Part shown: positions 18,886 to 31,095 of the stretch, piece after piece
Numbering within the stretch: the stretch's first letter is position 1
Layout: each line of letters opens with the position of its first letter
DNA from: Clostridia bacterium
Lineage (GTDB): Bacteria > Bacillota > Clostridia > JAAYHZ01
Reading direction: 5' to 3'
Assembly (NCBI GenBank): GCA_050950825.1
Contig: JBMNIH010000009.1
Span: 192,001 to 256,000, forward strand
DNA: 64,000 nucleotides
Notes under the pieces: model-generated
The model's database searches: none
Told to the model about the DNA's origin: nothing
What the model saw: the letters and a program-made list of their open reading frames with translations, nothing else
Made by a program: the position numbers and the translations under genes

Positions 18886-19902
18886 TTATACAGCCTCTAT
18901 ATTGAATTTCTTTTCAGCTAAAGCCGGAATGAGAATATCCAGTCCGGCTTCAATGGACATTCTTCCCGATTTTATATCCATATCGATTCTATTCAGAAGC
19001 CCTATGGCTTCCTTTAGTCCTGCTTGTCCGTATCTTTCGGCATTGGTCATATTTTTCCGTGTTATAAAATCCGGTGTTTTCATTTTTGCCGATATATCCC
19101 GAACGGATAATCCGTTCTTTTTCATAAACAGAATATCGTTTAAGACCATAAATTGTCTTGCGATCATAAAAAAGATCATAAAATGCGGTTCCTTTAGTCG
19201 GATTAAACCGTACAGCTTACGGTAAGCCATATCCGTTTGCCCCGCCGCTAAAGCATCCGTTAATTCAAAAATTCCCGCTTTGATTGATGTCGCACAGACT
19301 TCTTCTACATCTTTTAAGGTAATTACGGGATTATCTCCGCCGTATAAAATCAATTTGTTCAATTCGTTTTCCAGTTCGTAAAGCCCGTTTTCCGCATTCA
19401 AGGTCAAACGAAGAGCGGCTTCTTTTTCAATGGTTTTGCTATGCTTTTTCAGCATTGATTGGATCCATTTGAGCAATTCGTCTTGGCTTCTGTATTCGAA
19501 ATCGAAAAATATGCCGTTATCGGAGACAGCTTTATACAAAGCATTTCTTTTATCGATTTTCGATTCCCAAAAAATCAAGCAGGTACTCTTGCAGGGATTC
19601 TTAACATAGGCAATCAACGGCTCCAGCTCTTCCTTTTTTTTCTGAAACAGCCCCGATTCTTTGACTACAACCAACTTTTTGTCCGAAAACATGGGCAAAC
19701 TGACGCAAGCATTTAAGATCCTGTCTATATCGCTGCATTCATCTAAAACTTCGTAATTCAATGTTTTCGTTGCGGGGTTTAAAATCCCTTCTTCAATCAT
19801 GGCGACATAGCTGCGGATCAAGTATTGCTCTTCGCCCGTGAATAAGTAGCAGTTTTGAAATATGCCCGATGTAATTTGCTTCTTCAATTCGAGTATTTGC
19901 AT
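18886..19902 (-). CDS. holA: DNA polymerase III delta subunit
   Basis: YLFTGEEQYLI, SLPMFSDKKLVVVK, IDKR, NELNKL, IFELTDAL, DMDIKSG; adjacent to rpsT and comEC. Confidence 0.95.
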   Translation of the reverse strand: MQILELKKQITSGIFQNCYLFTGEEQYLIRSYVAMIEEGILNPATKTLNYEVLDECSDIDRILNACVSLPMFSDKKLVVVKESGLFQKKKEELEPLIAYVKNPCKSTCLIFWESKIDKRNALYKAVSDNGIFFDFEYRSQDELLKWIQSMLKKHSKTIEKEAALRLTLNAENGLYELENELNKLILYGGDNPVITLKDVEEVCATSIKAGIFELTDALAAGQTDMAYRKLYGLIRLKEPHFMIFFMIARQFMVLNDILFMKKNGLSVRDISAKMKTPDFITRKNMTNAERYGQAGLKEAIGLLNRIDMDIKSGRMSIEAGLDILIPALAEKKFNIEAV

Positions 19903-19987
19903 GATTCATGGCTCCTTTTTGCTATTATACCATAGTTTCATAGCCGAATGAATATTGAAGTCTCGTCGCTAATTGTAATCAAAGGTT

Positions 19988-20018
19988 GTTATAAAACGCA
20001 CAAGTTATGAGAAAAATA
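19988..20018 (+). promoter_or_regulatory. Putative forespore SigF/SigG promoter of gpr
   Basis: GTTATA-15 nt-GAGAAAAATA resembles SigF/SigG elements; gpr is a known forespore gene. Confidence 0.45.
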
Positions 20019-20057
20019 CATGTATTAAATAATGATCAATCTGAAAGGAAGCGGATA

Positions 20058-21044
20058 ATGACAACTTATTCTAATCGAACCGATTTGACTTTAGAAGCAC
20101 AAGAATTGCTGGTAAGAGGCGAACCGGATAAAAAGGATTTTGACGGTATCATTACTCATACCCGTAGAGAAGGGAAGTTGAATATAACGAAGGTGGAGGT
20201 AACCAACGATAACGGTGCCGCTAAAATCGGAAAATCCGTAGGGACTTATGTTACGATCGAAATGGGTAACAGCGAGTTAAAAAGCAACGAGGATTACGTA
20301 CATGCCCGCTCGGCCATCGCAACCGAGTTAAGCGCTTTGATCCCGAATATCGAAAACAAAACCGTCCTTATCATAGGATTGGGGAACTGGAACGTAACCC
20401 CGGATGCATTGGGTCCGAAAGTCGTTTCAAAGCTTGCCATCACCCGACATATCCTTGAACACTTTCCGGATGAGCGGGAAAAGAATTTAAACCCCGTCTG
20501 CGCTATTGCTCCCGGAGTTTTAGGGATTACCGGAATAGAAACGGCCGAGATAATCAAAGGTGTAGCGGATCGTGTCAAGCCGGATTTCATTATCGCCATT
20601 GACGCCTTAGCATCCATGAGAACGGAGCGGGTGAATAAAACCATTCAATTGTGCGATACCGGTATATCGCCGGGATCCGGGGTAGGAAACAAACGTAAAG
20701 AATTGTCGAAGAATACCCTTGGAGTTCCGGTTTATGCCATTGGCGTTCCTACGGTAGTCGATGCCATTACCATGGCCAATGAAACCATCGAGGCTATAAT
20801 CAACGCATTGAAAGAAGAAGTCAAAACTTCCGAAAATATTTACTCGTTTATGAAGGACATTGATCCGCAAGATAAACAAGAGTTGATTTCAAAAGTGTTT
20901 AACCCCGGAGACGAGAACATGATTGTAACGCCAAGAGGCATAGACGAAGCCATTACGATTATGTCCAAATTAATTGCCGACAGCTTGAATGTATTTATCC
21001 ACCGTCATAACTACAGCTATTTGCAGCAGGCATATTTGATGTAA
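20058..21044 (+). CDS. gpr: Germination protease GPR
   Basis: RTDLTLEA, GLGNWNVTPDALGP, PGVLGITGIET, IAIDALAS, PGSGVGNKR, IGVPTVVDA. Confidence 0.97.
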   Translation: MTTYSNRTDLTLEAQELLVRGEPDKKDFDGIITHTRREGKLNITKVEVTNDNGAAKIGKSVGTYVTIEMGNSELKSNEDYVHARSAIATELSALIPNIENKTVLIIGLGNWNVTPDALGPKVVSKLAITRHILEHFPDEREKNLNPVCAIAPGVLGITGIETAEIIKGVADRVKPDFIIAIDALASMRTERVNKTIQLCDTGISPGSGVGNKRKELSKNTLGVPVYAIGVPTVVDAITMANETIEAIINALKEEVKTSENIYSFMKDIDPQDKQELISKVFNPGDENMIVTPRGIDEAITIMSKLIADSLNVFIHRHNYSYLQQAYLM

Positions 21045-21081
21045 AAGTCCCCTTCGGTATGATATAATTTAGGCATTATAA

Positions 21082-23121
<2,040 letters not shown>

Positions 23122-23149
23122 GTAGCTTTGATAGTATTTAAAGAATAAA

Positions 23150-23183
23150 TAGGGGATGAGAAATGAATTTTTCTCATCCCCTA
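23150..23183. terminator. Bidirectional terminator ligA/AraC gene
   Basis: TAGGGGATGAGAA...TTCTCATCCCCTA inverted repeat. Confidence 0.8.
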
Positions 23184-23188
23184 AATTT

Positions 23189-24130
23189 TTAGGCATTTAA
23201 GCTCCGATAATCTCCCGGAACACGACCTGTCAGCCTTTTAAACGTTCGGTGAAAATAAGATATATCGGAAAAACCGCATTCTTTGCAGATGTCGTACTGG
23301 ATACGATCCGTTGTTGCAAGTAATTCTCGCGCCTTTAGTACACGCAGATACAACAGATAATCTACAAAGGTTTTTCCCGTGATTTGCTTAAATATATGCG
23401 AAAAGGAGCGCACGGACATCATCGCAATTTTCGCTACGTCTTCCAAATAGATTTTTTGGTTGTAATTTGCATGAATAAAGTCCAGAGCATTTTGTATGGA
23501 TTCTCGATACTCCACAAACATTTGATTGCGCTCGAATGAATATTTCTCATTGTATTCTTTTAGAATCAAAGCAAGAAGTTTGATAATGTTCGCTCTGATG
23601 AACATGGAAGAAAACAAATCTCGTTTATAATATGCCTGATGTAATTCCTCAAATACGGCTTCAATTTCTTTGGCGGCATCTCCGGTAAAGTAGTGATAGG
23701 GCTCCATGAGATCTGCTTTTATGAGCAACGGTTCGATATATACAAGGTTAAATAAAGATGTATGCTGTTCCGAATTGGATGTATCGTTGATAAAGCTATC
23801 GGAAAACTCACAGCGATACAATGCGGAATCTTCCGACAAGCTGGTATCGAGGTAATGTGCACAAAATTGCGGTACTACTAATAGTGAGCCTTTCCCGAGA
23901 ATAAACTCACGATTTTCAAACACATGCCGATAAGTTCCGGATATTACATACCACATCTGAATGTAGTCATGGCAATGTATAGCATCTACAGCTTTTGATT
24001 TGTCGATGGATGTACGGAAATTGCTGATGTCGTTTCGAAAGCCTTGAACTATTCTTGCCGTATAACTCCGATTGGAAGCTACACTTAAGGTTTTAAAAGG
24101 AAGCGACATATAGAAGAGTACTCCTTTCAT
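23189..24130 (-). CDS. AraC family transcriptional regulator (cupin + HTH)
   Basis: HCHDYIQMWYVISG cupin; C-terminal FSHIFKQITG...RV.KA.ELL...CGFSDISYFHR.FK. Confidence 0.93.
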   Translation of the reverse strand: MKGVLFYMSLPFKTLSVASNRSYTARIVQGFRNDISNFRTSIDKSKAVDAIHCHDYIQMWYVISGTYRHVFENREFILGKGSLLVVPQFCAHYLDTSLSEDSALYRCEFSDSFINDTSNSEQHTSLFNLVYIEPLLIKADLMEPYHYFTGDAAKEIEAVFEELHQAYYKRDLFSSMFIRANIIKLLALILKEYNEKYSFERNQMFVEYRESIQNALDFIHANYNQKIYLEDVAKIAMMSVRSFSHIFKQITGKTFVDYLLYLRVLKARELLATTDRIQYDICKECGFSDISYFHRTFKRLTGRVPGDYRSLNA

Positions 24131-24199
24131 AAATCACAACATCTAGGCATCTCTATTATAATAATTCCGGTCAGTCAATACAATTATCTCTATATAAAA

Positions 24200-24308
24200 T
24201 GCAAAATAATTCAAATATTCATTTTTATTAACCGTGAAAATTTTCGGGTCTTTTAGAACGAAGATATGAATTGCCAAATAATTCAACCGCAAATGCTTAA
24301 CAGTAGAA
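24200..24308 (+). promoter_or_regulatory. Direct repeats, candidate AraC operator
   Basis: TGCAAAATAATTCAA (24200-24214) and TGCCAAATAATTCAA (24272-24286) match at 14/15 positions; a weaker copy lies 22 bp further on. All are in the divergent intergenic region. Confidence 0.55.
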
Positions 24309-24382
24309 CATTCTCATATTATGATAAAATTATAAATACAACATATACATTAATGCTATGAATGAGAGGGACAAGGAGTACA

Positions 24383-25966
24383 GTGGATATCATTTGTTTT
24401 GACTCGAATGTAGGTATTGGAAAACAGGGATTAAAAAACCCGAAAGAAATATGGAAAACCGAAGACATTTTATCCGTAATGGAGCAATGCGGCGTTTCGG
24501 CTTCTCTTGTTTACAGTCGTTATTCAAAAGATTATGCACCGAAATACGGTAATGAAGATCTGGCGAAAGAATTAGAGAAAAGCGGGCGCCTTTTTGGTTG
24601 TTACACAATATTACCGAGCTTGTGCGGAGATTTTTTAAATCCGGAAGAGACGACGCAAGATATCAAAGAAAAGAAGATGGTAGCTGCCAAAATTTTTCCT
24701 CGCTCGCATCGGTACTTTCCCGATGAAAGGACTATGGGTGAATATTACCGAGCATTGGCACAAGAGAATATTCCTCTTTTGGCGGATTGCTCGGAATTGA
24801 ATATCTCCCAATTGGAAAGTGTTCTTGAGAATCACCCGGATTTGAATATCGTATACCAAGGCGTAAGATGGGACGAAGAACGAATGATATTCCCTTTGAT
24901 GCGTGAATTCAAAAATTTATACTTGGACTTTTCGGTTTTGCAATCCAATTATGTAGTTGAACGTATGGTGGAATCATTCGGTGCCGACCGTTTTGTTTTT
25001 GGCAGCGGAATGCCTGCCATGAGTTTAGGAGCTGCCCGCGCCCTTATTGATTATGCGAATATTTCGGATTCGGATAAACAAAAGATCTTCGGAGGCAATC
25101 TGGCACGTTTATGTCATGTTCCGCTTCCCGGACCCCAAACGTTAAAAAACGATTCCATTGCCAAAGAAGCTTTGGAAGGGAAACCGATCTCGGTTTTTCT
25201 GTTTGACTCCCATACTCATGTCCTGGAGGATGGGGGTCACTGCGGAGGAGGCTTACCCATGATGAAGGGCGATTTGGAACATATGGACGCGCTTTACAAA
25301 CGAATCGGCGTCGATAAGTACTGTGTTGCTCCTTGGCTCGCCATTTGGACGGATTCGGAAGCAGGTAATAAGGTTATGCTGGATATGGTCCAAAGAAAAC
25401 CCGAAAGAGTGTACGGTTATGTGTTGATTGATCCGAATTATGTACAAGACATAGAAGGAGAAGCGAAAAAGTATCACTTGGATTACAAAATTCCCGGTCT
25501 TAAGATGTTTTATGCACGTACAAGAGTAAGGTATAACGACCCGGTTTATGATCCTTGGTGGAAGATAGCAAATGAAAATTCTTTGTTTGCCCTAACGGAT
25601 AATGGCAGTTATCCAAGCTTTCTCAATGATGTTGAAGAACTTGCCATACGTTATCCCAATGTAACGTTTTTCTTGGATCATGCAGGCCAAAGCTTCGATG
25701 TCGCCATTAATTATGCACAATACGCAAAAAAGTATCCGAATGTCTATTTGCAAATTACATATACATCCGTAACCCAAGGAGTCATTGAATATTTTGTTCA
25801 AGAAGGATTGGCCGGCAAAGTACTCTACGGTACGGATTCCCCTATGCGTGATCCTCGACCGCAATTAGGCTGGGTAGCTTATGCGAATATCTCGTATGAA
25901 GACAAGAAGAAAATCTTAGGTGAAAATATGGAAGGTATACTTAAGCGTTGTTTTAAAAAAAATTAA
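24383..25966 (+). CDS. Amidohydrolase family protein with two tandem TIM-barrel domains
   Basis: Domain 1 FDSNV...FGSGMP...IFGGN; domain 2 DSHTH...LDHAG...YGTDSP...ILGEN. AAGGAG RBS before GTG 24383. Confidence 0.85.
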   Translation: MDIICFDSNVGIGKQGLKNPKEIWKTEDILSVMEQCGVSASLVYSRYSKDYAPKYGNEDLAKELEKSGRLFGCYTILPSLCGDFLNPEETTQDIKEKKMVAAKIFPRSHRYFPDERTMGEYYRALAQENIPLLADCSELNISQLESVLENHPDLNIVYQGVRWDEERMIFPLMREFKNLYLDFSVLQSNYVVERMVESFGADRFVFGSGMPAMSLGAARALIDYANISDSDKQKIFGGNLARLCHVPLPGPQTLKNDSIAKEALEGKPISVFLFDSHTHVLEDGGHCGGGLPMMKGDLEHMDALYKRIGVDKYCVAPWLAIWTDSEAGNKVMLDMVQRKPERVYGYVLIDPNYVQDIEGEAKKYHLDYKIPGLKMFYARTRVRYNDPVYDPWWKIANENSLFALTDNGSYPSFLNDVEELAIRYPNVTFFLDHAGQSFDVAINYAQYAKKYPNVYLQITYTSVTQGVIEYFVQEGLAGKVLYGTDSPMRDPRPQLGWVAYANISYEDKKKILGENMEGILKRCFKKN

Positions 25967-26214
25967 TTATAAATCAAATTTAAGGAGGGATGTAACGGTA
26001 TAATGACGGAATAAGCAAAATTATTATAGGAACGGACAGAGTATCGCTAAAGGCGTATTACTCTCGATAACGTAATTTCCGTTTCCGAAGATTCATTACG
26101 GAACAAAAGCGAAACGTAAGAAGTTACTAACGTTTTTCTGTATTCGCCGTAACGGCAATGCAGGAATAAGAAGATCCCTATTATTAATTGAAAATTTTAT
26201 TCTGGAGGCTAAAA

Positions 26215-28101
26215 ATGAAAAAATTCATTATTTTTGCTTTGATTTTTTCACTGCTATTATCCTTTGCTGCTTGTACAAGTAAATCCGAGGAGAAAACTCC
26301 CGATGTAACAACGACTGCAGCATCTACGACGACAAAAGCGTCTACGACAACAAAAGCTACAACAACGACACAAGCAACGACGACGACAGCAGCTCCGGTT
26401 GAAGAAAACCCCTTCGAAGAGTTTTTTGAAATCACTTGGTTAACCGAGATGAATAAAGACTGGGTAGAAGGAAGATGGGATGAAGTGGAGCTTGAAGAAA
26501 GGTTTAACGTAGACTTCGATGTCTGGCCTATGGACTCCTATAACGACAGAGAAGCTATGGCCGCCCTTATTGCAGCAGGAGATATTCCGGATTTCATGTT
26601 CATGCCTGCAGGGCCGTTACAACCTCATGCTATGTATGAACAAGGTCTAATCCGTACACTTCCTTTGGATATGATTAAAAAGCATCTTCCGGGAATGTAC
26701 AGATTACTTGAAATGATGCCCATCGGTTTTAAGTACAATTTGGTTGAAGGAACAACGGATCAATACTATGGAATTACTCATATCGGTTTTGCTTCCGCTC
26801 AATATTTCTATGATGCAACCTGTGTCAATTTGGATTGGCTCGAAGCAATCGGATACAGTGTGGATTTAGATTCGTTTAAACCGGTTAAAATTCCGACTGT
26901 AGGCTTTGAAAGGTACGGTGAAAATTTACTTGTCGGAGAAGGCAATTTCACCTTTGACGAGCTGAACGATATCCTGAGAAAGTTTACCGAAGATGACCCG
27001 GACGGAAACGGTGAAGACGATACATACGGAATGGTGTACATCTCCGAACGTCCGAACGTTAACATGACTCAAGAAGGTCTTTTCGGATTTGTAAGCGACT
27101 TGAATTATCTTTACAAGGATCCGGTAACCGGTGATGTGGTTCCGAAATATGCTTACACACCGTACAGAGATTACTTGGCTTGGATTTCGGAAAATCTGCA
27201 AAAAGGCTATATGCGTACATTACCGGGACAACAAAGCTGGGTAACCGAATTCCATCAAATTGCAGCAACGAACAAGGTCGGTATCATGCAAATACATAGA
27301 GACGCCTACTTGCAACCGACCAGTGACTTGTTCATTAATTACCCGCCCGCAAGCATTATTACGGGAGTTGACCCCAACGCTCGCTTTATTATAGGTAAGA
27401 TCTTCAACGGTCCGGACGGTAAAGCCGTAAATATGACTTACAGTATCGACACATTCGGCGTAGGATTAAGCAGAACCGAAATGTTCGGTGCCCAAGTTGA
27501 AGATGCGAAGATGCAAAGAATATTGGAAATCCTGAACTATATACTCTACACCGATGAAGCGACATATAACCGTTACGTTTACGGTATTGAAGGTATTCAC
27601 TGGAAATGGGCCGGAGAACCCTTTAATAGCACAAAGATAATCACCCCGAATTCGGATTTACCTCCCGAATATAGAGCATCGAATATCTGTGTATTCGCAG
27701 GGTATCTGCTGCGTTGGCCTACGGCTCAGTTGGAAATCAATGCGGCCGTAAATGACGGCTATTGGTCATGGCCTGCCTATGCTTATACATACGACTTGTT
27801 TGAAAAGTATGCATGTATTCCGGAAAAATATATTTCGGCTGTTTACATGGGTAACGAATTATATGATAAACATACCCAGTTGAAGGCAGAGTTGGATCCT
27901 CAAATGAATCCGATTATCAACGACTTTAAGAATCGTGCTTTAAACGGTGAAATAGCCAACTTTAATACGGAATGGACCCAGTATATTGATCAGCTCTACG
28001 CGGCCGGGCTGGAAACATTGATAAAAGAAGTGTATAACTTGCAAGACTTCGCAAAATTCAATCCCGGTGACAAGTTCAAGGTTAAGGGGCCTCTATATTA
28101 A
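26215..28101 (+). CDS. Extracellular solute-binding lipoprotein (paralog 1, intact)
   Basis: Lipobox FAAC, Thr-rich linker, IAAGDIPD, LDWLEAIG, DPDGNGEDDTYG, YGIEGIHW, EW.QYIDQLYAAG. Confidence 0.88.
   Translation: MKKFIIFALIFSLLLSFAACTSKSEEKTPDVTTTAASTTTKASTTTKATTTTQATTTTAAPVEENPFEEFFEITWLTEMNKDWVEGRWDEVELEERFNVDFDVWPMDSYNDREAMAALIAAGDIPDFMFMPAGPLQPHAMYEQGLIRTLPLDMIKKHLPGMYRLLEMMPIGFKYNLVEGTTDQYYGITHIGFASAQYFYDATCVNLDWLEAIGYSVDLDSFKPVKIPTVGFERYGENLLVGEGNFTFDELNDILRKFTEDDPDGNGEDDTYGMVYISERPNVNMTQEGLFGFVSDLNYLYKDPVTGDVVPKYAYTPYRDYLAWISENLQKGYMRTLPGQQSWVTEFHQIAATNKVGIMQIHRDAYLQPTSDLFINYPPASIITGVDPNARFIIGKIFNGPDGKAVNMTYSIDTFGVGLSRTEMFGAQVEDAKMQRILEILNYILYTDEATYNRYVYGIEGIHWKWAGEPFNSTKIITPNSDLPPEYRASNICVFAGYLLRWPTAQLEINAAVNDGYWSWPAYAYTYDLFEKYACIPEKYISAVYMGNELYDKHTQLKAELDPQMNPIINDFKNRALNGEIANFNTEWTQYIDQLYAAGLETLIKEVYNLQDFAKFNPGDKFKVKGPLY
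26308..26395 (+). repeat. Coding Thr/Ala-rich tandem repeats (18-nt period)
   Basis: Encodes TTTAASTTTKASTTTKATTTTQATTTTAAP. Confidence 0.75.
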
Positions 28102-28118
28102 CTAATTTAATATAATCA

Positions 28119-28162
28119 AAAAACACAAAGGGCGAGGTTTTAACCTTACCCTTTGTGTTTTT
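28119..28162. terminator. Bidirectional terminator SBP/gltX
   Basis: AAAAACACAAAGGG...CCCTTTGTGTTTTT. Confidence 0.85.
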
Positions 28163-28190
28163 ATATAGATATCAATTTCTATCTTCCTTG

Positions 28191-29657
28191 TTATAGATTT
28201 TTCAATCTGTTCAGGCTAATCCGCATTCTTGATAGGGTTTCTTCTTTGCCGAGAAGGTCGGCAATTTCGAAGGCTCCTCCGGGTGTGGATTGTTTTCCGC
28301 TGATAGCCGTACGAACAGGCCATAGTATTTGGCCGTTTTTCACTCCCAATCGTTGAACGGTATCCATCAATGCTTGCTCGATGGTTTGGACGTTCCAGTC
28401 TTCAATCGGTTCTAAAGCCTTCAACGACTCTTCCAAAAATCCCACGGAATTTTCAACGGTGGTTTTCATTTTTTTATGCGCAAACATATTCAAATCGTAA
28501 TCTTCCGGCATCTTAATTAAAAAGTCTACCATTTCCGGTATTTGTTCAAAATATTCAACTCGCTCGATCAGTAATTTGCTGACCTTGCTCAAATCAATAT
28601 TCGTTTCGTACAAGCCCGCTTTTTCATACCACGGTAAAGCCTTTGCATGGAAGGAATCCATATCCAGCTTACGAATATATTCACGGTTCATCCAGTTCAG
28701 CTTTTCCATATCGAAAACGGAAGGTGACTTGCTGATACCGCTAATATCGAAGGCTTCCGCCAATTCTTGTAAAGAGAATATTTCTCGATTATCTCTCGGG
28801 CTCCATCCTAATAAAGCAACGTAATTAACAATGGCTTCCGGTAAATAGCCTTTTTCCACCAAATCCATGAAGGAAGCATCGCCTTCACGCTTCGACATCT
28901 TTCTGCCGCCTTCTTTTGTGATTAATGGCAAGTGAACAAATACCGGCACGTCCCAACCGAAAGCTTCGTACAACAAAATATACTTCGGTGTTGAGGATAC
29001 GTATTCACTTCCTCTTACCACATGGGTAATTTTCATCAAATGGTCGTCGATTACGTTGGCAAAATTGTAAGTAGGAAATCCGTCGGATTTTATCAATATT
29101 TGATCCTCCAATTCGCTGCAGGGAACGGTTATGGTACCGAAAACAGCGTCTTCGTAGGTGACGGATCCTTCTTGGGGCATTTTTTGTCGTATAACAAAAG
29201 GTACCTTCGCTTCAAGATTCGCTTTTATTTCCTCATCACTTAAAGAAAGACAGTGTCGGTCGTACTTGACTCCTTCGTGTCCTTGGGATTTTCTTAACTC
29301 TTCCAAACGCTCCTTGTCGCAGAAACAGTAGTATGCTTGTTTTTTTTCTACCAATTCAAGAGCATAGGGAAGATACAAGTCCTTTCTTTGGCTTTGGACA
29401 TAAGGACCGTAATCTCCGCCTACATCGGGACCTTCGTCATGCTGAATACCTGCCAATTTAAGCGTATCATATATTTTCTCTATGGCACCCTCTACCAGCC
29501 TGCTTTGGTCCGTGTCTTCAATACGAAGTATGAAGTCACCGCCTTGGGATTTGGCTATTAAGTATTCATACAGTGCCGATCGTAAATTTCCAATATGCAT
29601 AGACCCTGTAGGGCTCGGGGCATACCTGGTTCTCACACGTTTTTCTTTCATCTTCAA
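28191..29657 (-). CDS. gltX: Glutamate--tRNA ligase
   Basis: RYAPSPTG.MHIGN, LRIEDTD, YYCFC, ITHVVRG, KMSKR. Confidence 0.98.
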   Translation of the reverse strand: MKMKEKRVRTRYAPSPTGSMHIGNLRSALYEYLIAKSQGGDFILRIEDTDQSRLVEGAIEKIYDTLKLAGIQHDEGPDVGGDYGPYVQSQRKDLYLPYALELVEKKQAYYCFCDKERLEELRKSQGHEGVKYDRHCLSLSDEEIKANLEAKVPFVIRQKMPQEGSVTYEDAVFGTITVPCSELEDQILIKSDGFPTYNFANVIDDHLMKITHVVRGSEYVSSTPKYILLYEAFGWDVPVFVHLPLITKEGGRKMSKREGDASFMDLVEKGYLPEAIVNYVALLGWSPRDNREIFSLQELAEAFDISGISKSPSVFDMEKLNWMNREYIRKLDMDSFHAKALPWYEKAGLYETNIDLSKVSKLLIERVEYFEQIPEMVDFLIKMPEDYDLNMFAHKKMKTTVENSVGFLEESLKALEPIEDWNVQTIEQALMDTVQRLGVKNGQILWPVRTAISGKQSTPGGAFEIADLLGKEETLSRMRISLNRLKNL

Positions 29658-29868
29658 TTACTCCTAGTTAATGATACAGAAAGTATAAAAATAATTGTCT
29701 CTGATAATGTCTAATAATACCATAGATTCAAACAAAATTACACCGAAATGCGTTATTTTCTATGCTATAATAATGATAATCTTTCGTAAGAGATAAGATC
29801 GAACGATTTTTTTCGGAAAGGAGCGGTTCTTCTTTTGTTTCGAAAAACGTAAGAAGACCAAGGTTCTT

Positions 29869-31095
29869 ATGAAAAAATACGTTATTGCAGGTACGGGAAC
29901 AAGAGGCTTACATATGTTCGGAAAGCCGTTGGTTTCAAAGTATTCCGAATTTGCTCGGCTTGCAGGTGTTTTTGACACCAACGTAAAAAGAGCAAACGTA
30001 TTTAAGAAAATGACCGGCGGGGATTTCGAGGTTTTCGAGGACTTTGACCATATGCTGGATGCCGTCAAGCCGGATACCGTCATCGTTACCACCCAAGATG
30101 CGTTTCATGACGTGTATATCGTAAAGGCTTTAAAAAAAGGCTGTGACGTCATTACCGAAAAACCGATGACCACGGACGAGTTTAAATGTAATAACATTCT
30201 TCGAACCGAAAGAGAAACCGGTAAAAAGGTCACGGTTACCTTCAATTGCAGGTACATGCCTTTTCTATTGGAGATCAAAAAATTGATGATGCAAAACATT
30301 GTGGGTGAGGTAACCTCCGTTCACTTTGAATGGCTGCTAGACCAAGTCCACGGTGCCGATTACTTCCGGCGCTGGCACAGCAACAAGAGGATTTCCGGAG
30401 GACTTCAAATTCACAAAGCCACCCACCATTTTGATATCATCAACTGGTTAATTGACGATGAACCTCGAATTGTAAGTGCATTCGGTTCGCTTCGTTTTTA
30501 CGGCTCAAACGGTACCTACAAAGGCAATCACTGCTTTAACTGCGAGCACAAAGACCTCTGCAAATTCTATGTAGATAAAGCGAACAATCCTTTTTACAAG
30601 GAATTCTATTTCGACAATATGGATATCGACGGCTATGCTCCGGATATGTGCGTATTTCGAAATGAAATCGACATTGAAGATACATTGAGCGTCAGCGTCC
30701 GCTATAAAAAAGGAGCGGTGATGAGCTATACATTGACAGCGTATTCTCCTTACGAAGGATACAAGATCAATATTAACGGCACAAAAGGTCGCTTGGAGAT
30801 TGAAAATTATGCAGGGAAGCACTTGAAAGAACCTGTTAAGCAAGTAAGATATTTTGACGAAGAACACAAGATGACCCTCATCGACATTGAAGAGGGGAGA
30901 GGAAGCCACGGCGGGGGAGACAGCGCTTTGCTAGAGGTTCTATTTAAAGGATCCGATGAAGACCCTTACAACAGGCATGCGAACTCTCGTGCGGGAGCGA
31001 TGTCCATCGGTATCGGAATTGCTATCAACAATTCCATACGCGAACAAAAGCAAATCAAAATCAAAGATATTTTATGGGAATTGGATGTAGATTAA
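29869..31095 (+). CDS. Gfo/Idh/MocA family oxidoreductase
   Basis: GTGTRG Rossmann motif, ITEKPM, HGADYFRRWH, HKATHHFD, GSHGGGD. Confidence 0.92.
   Translation: MKKYVIAGTGTRGLHMFGKPLVSKYSEFARLAGVFDTNVKRANVFKKMTGGDFEVFEDFDHMLDAVKPDTVIVTTQDAFHDVYIVKALKKGCDVITEKPMTTDEFKCNNILRTERETGKKVTVTFNCRYMPFLLEIKKLMMQNIVGEVTSVHFEWLLDQVHGADYFRRWHSNKRISGGLQIHKATHHFDIINWLIDDEPRIVSAFGSLRFYGSNGTYKGNHCFNCEHKDLCKFYVDKANNPFYKEFYFDNMDIDGYAPDMCVFRNEIDIEDTLSVSVRYKKGAVMSYTLTAYSPYEGYKININGTKGRLEIENYAGKHLKEPVKQVRYFDEEHKMTLIDIEEGRGSHGGGDSALLEVLFKGSDEDPYNRHANSRAGAMSIGIGIAINNSIREQKQIKIKDILWELDVD

Noticed and set aside
18842-19225. 127-aa + strand ORF after rpsT
   Set aside because: Antisense to holA and crosses a terminator.
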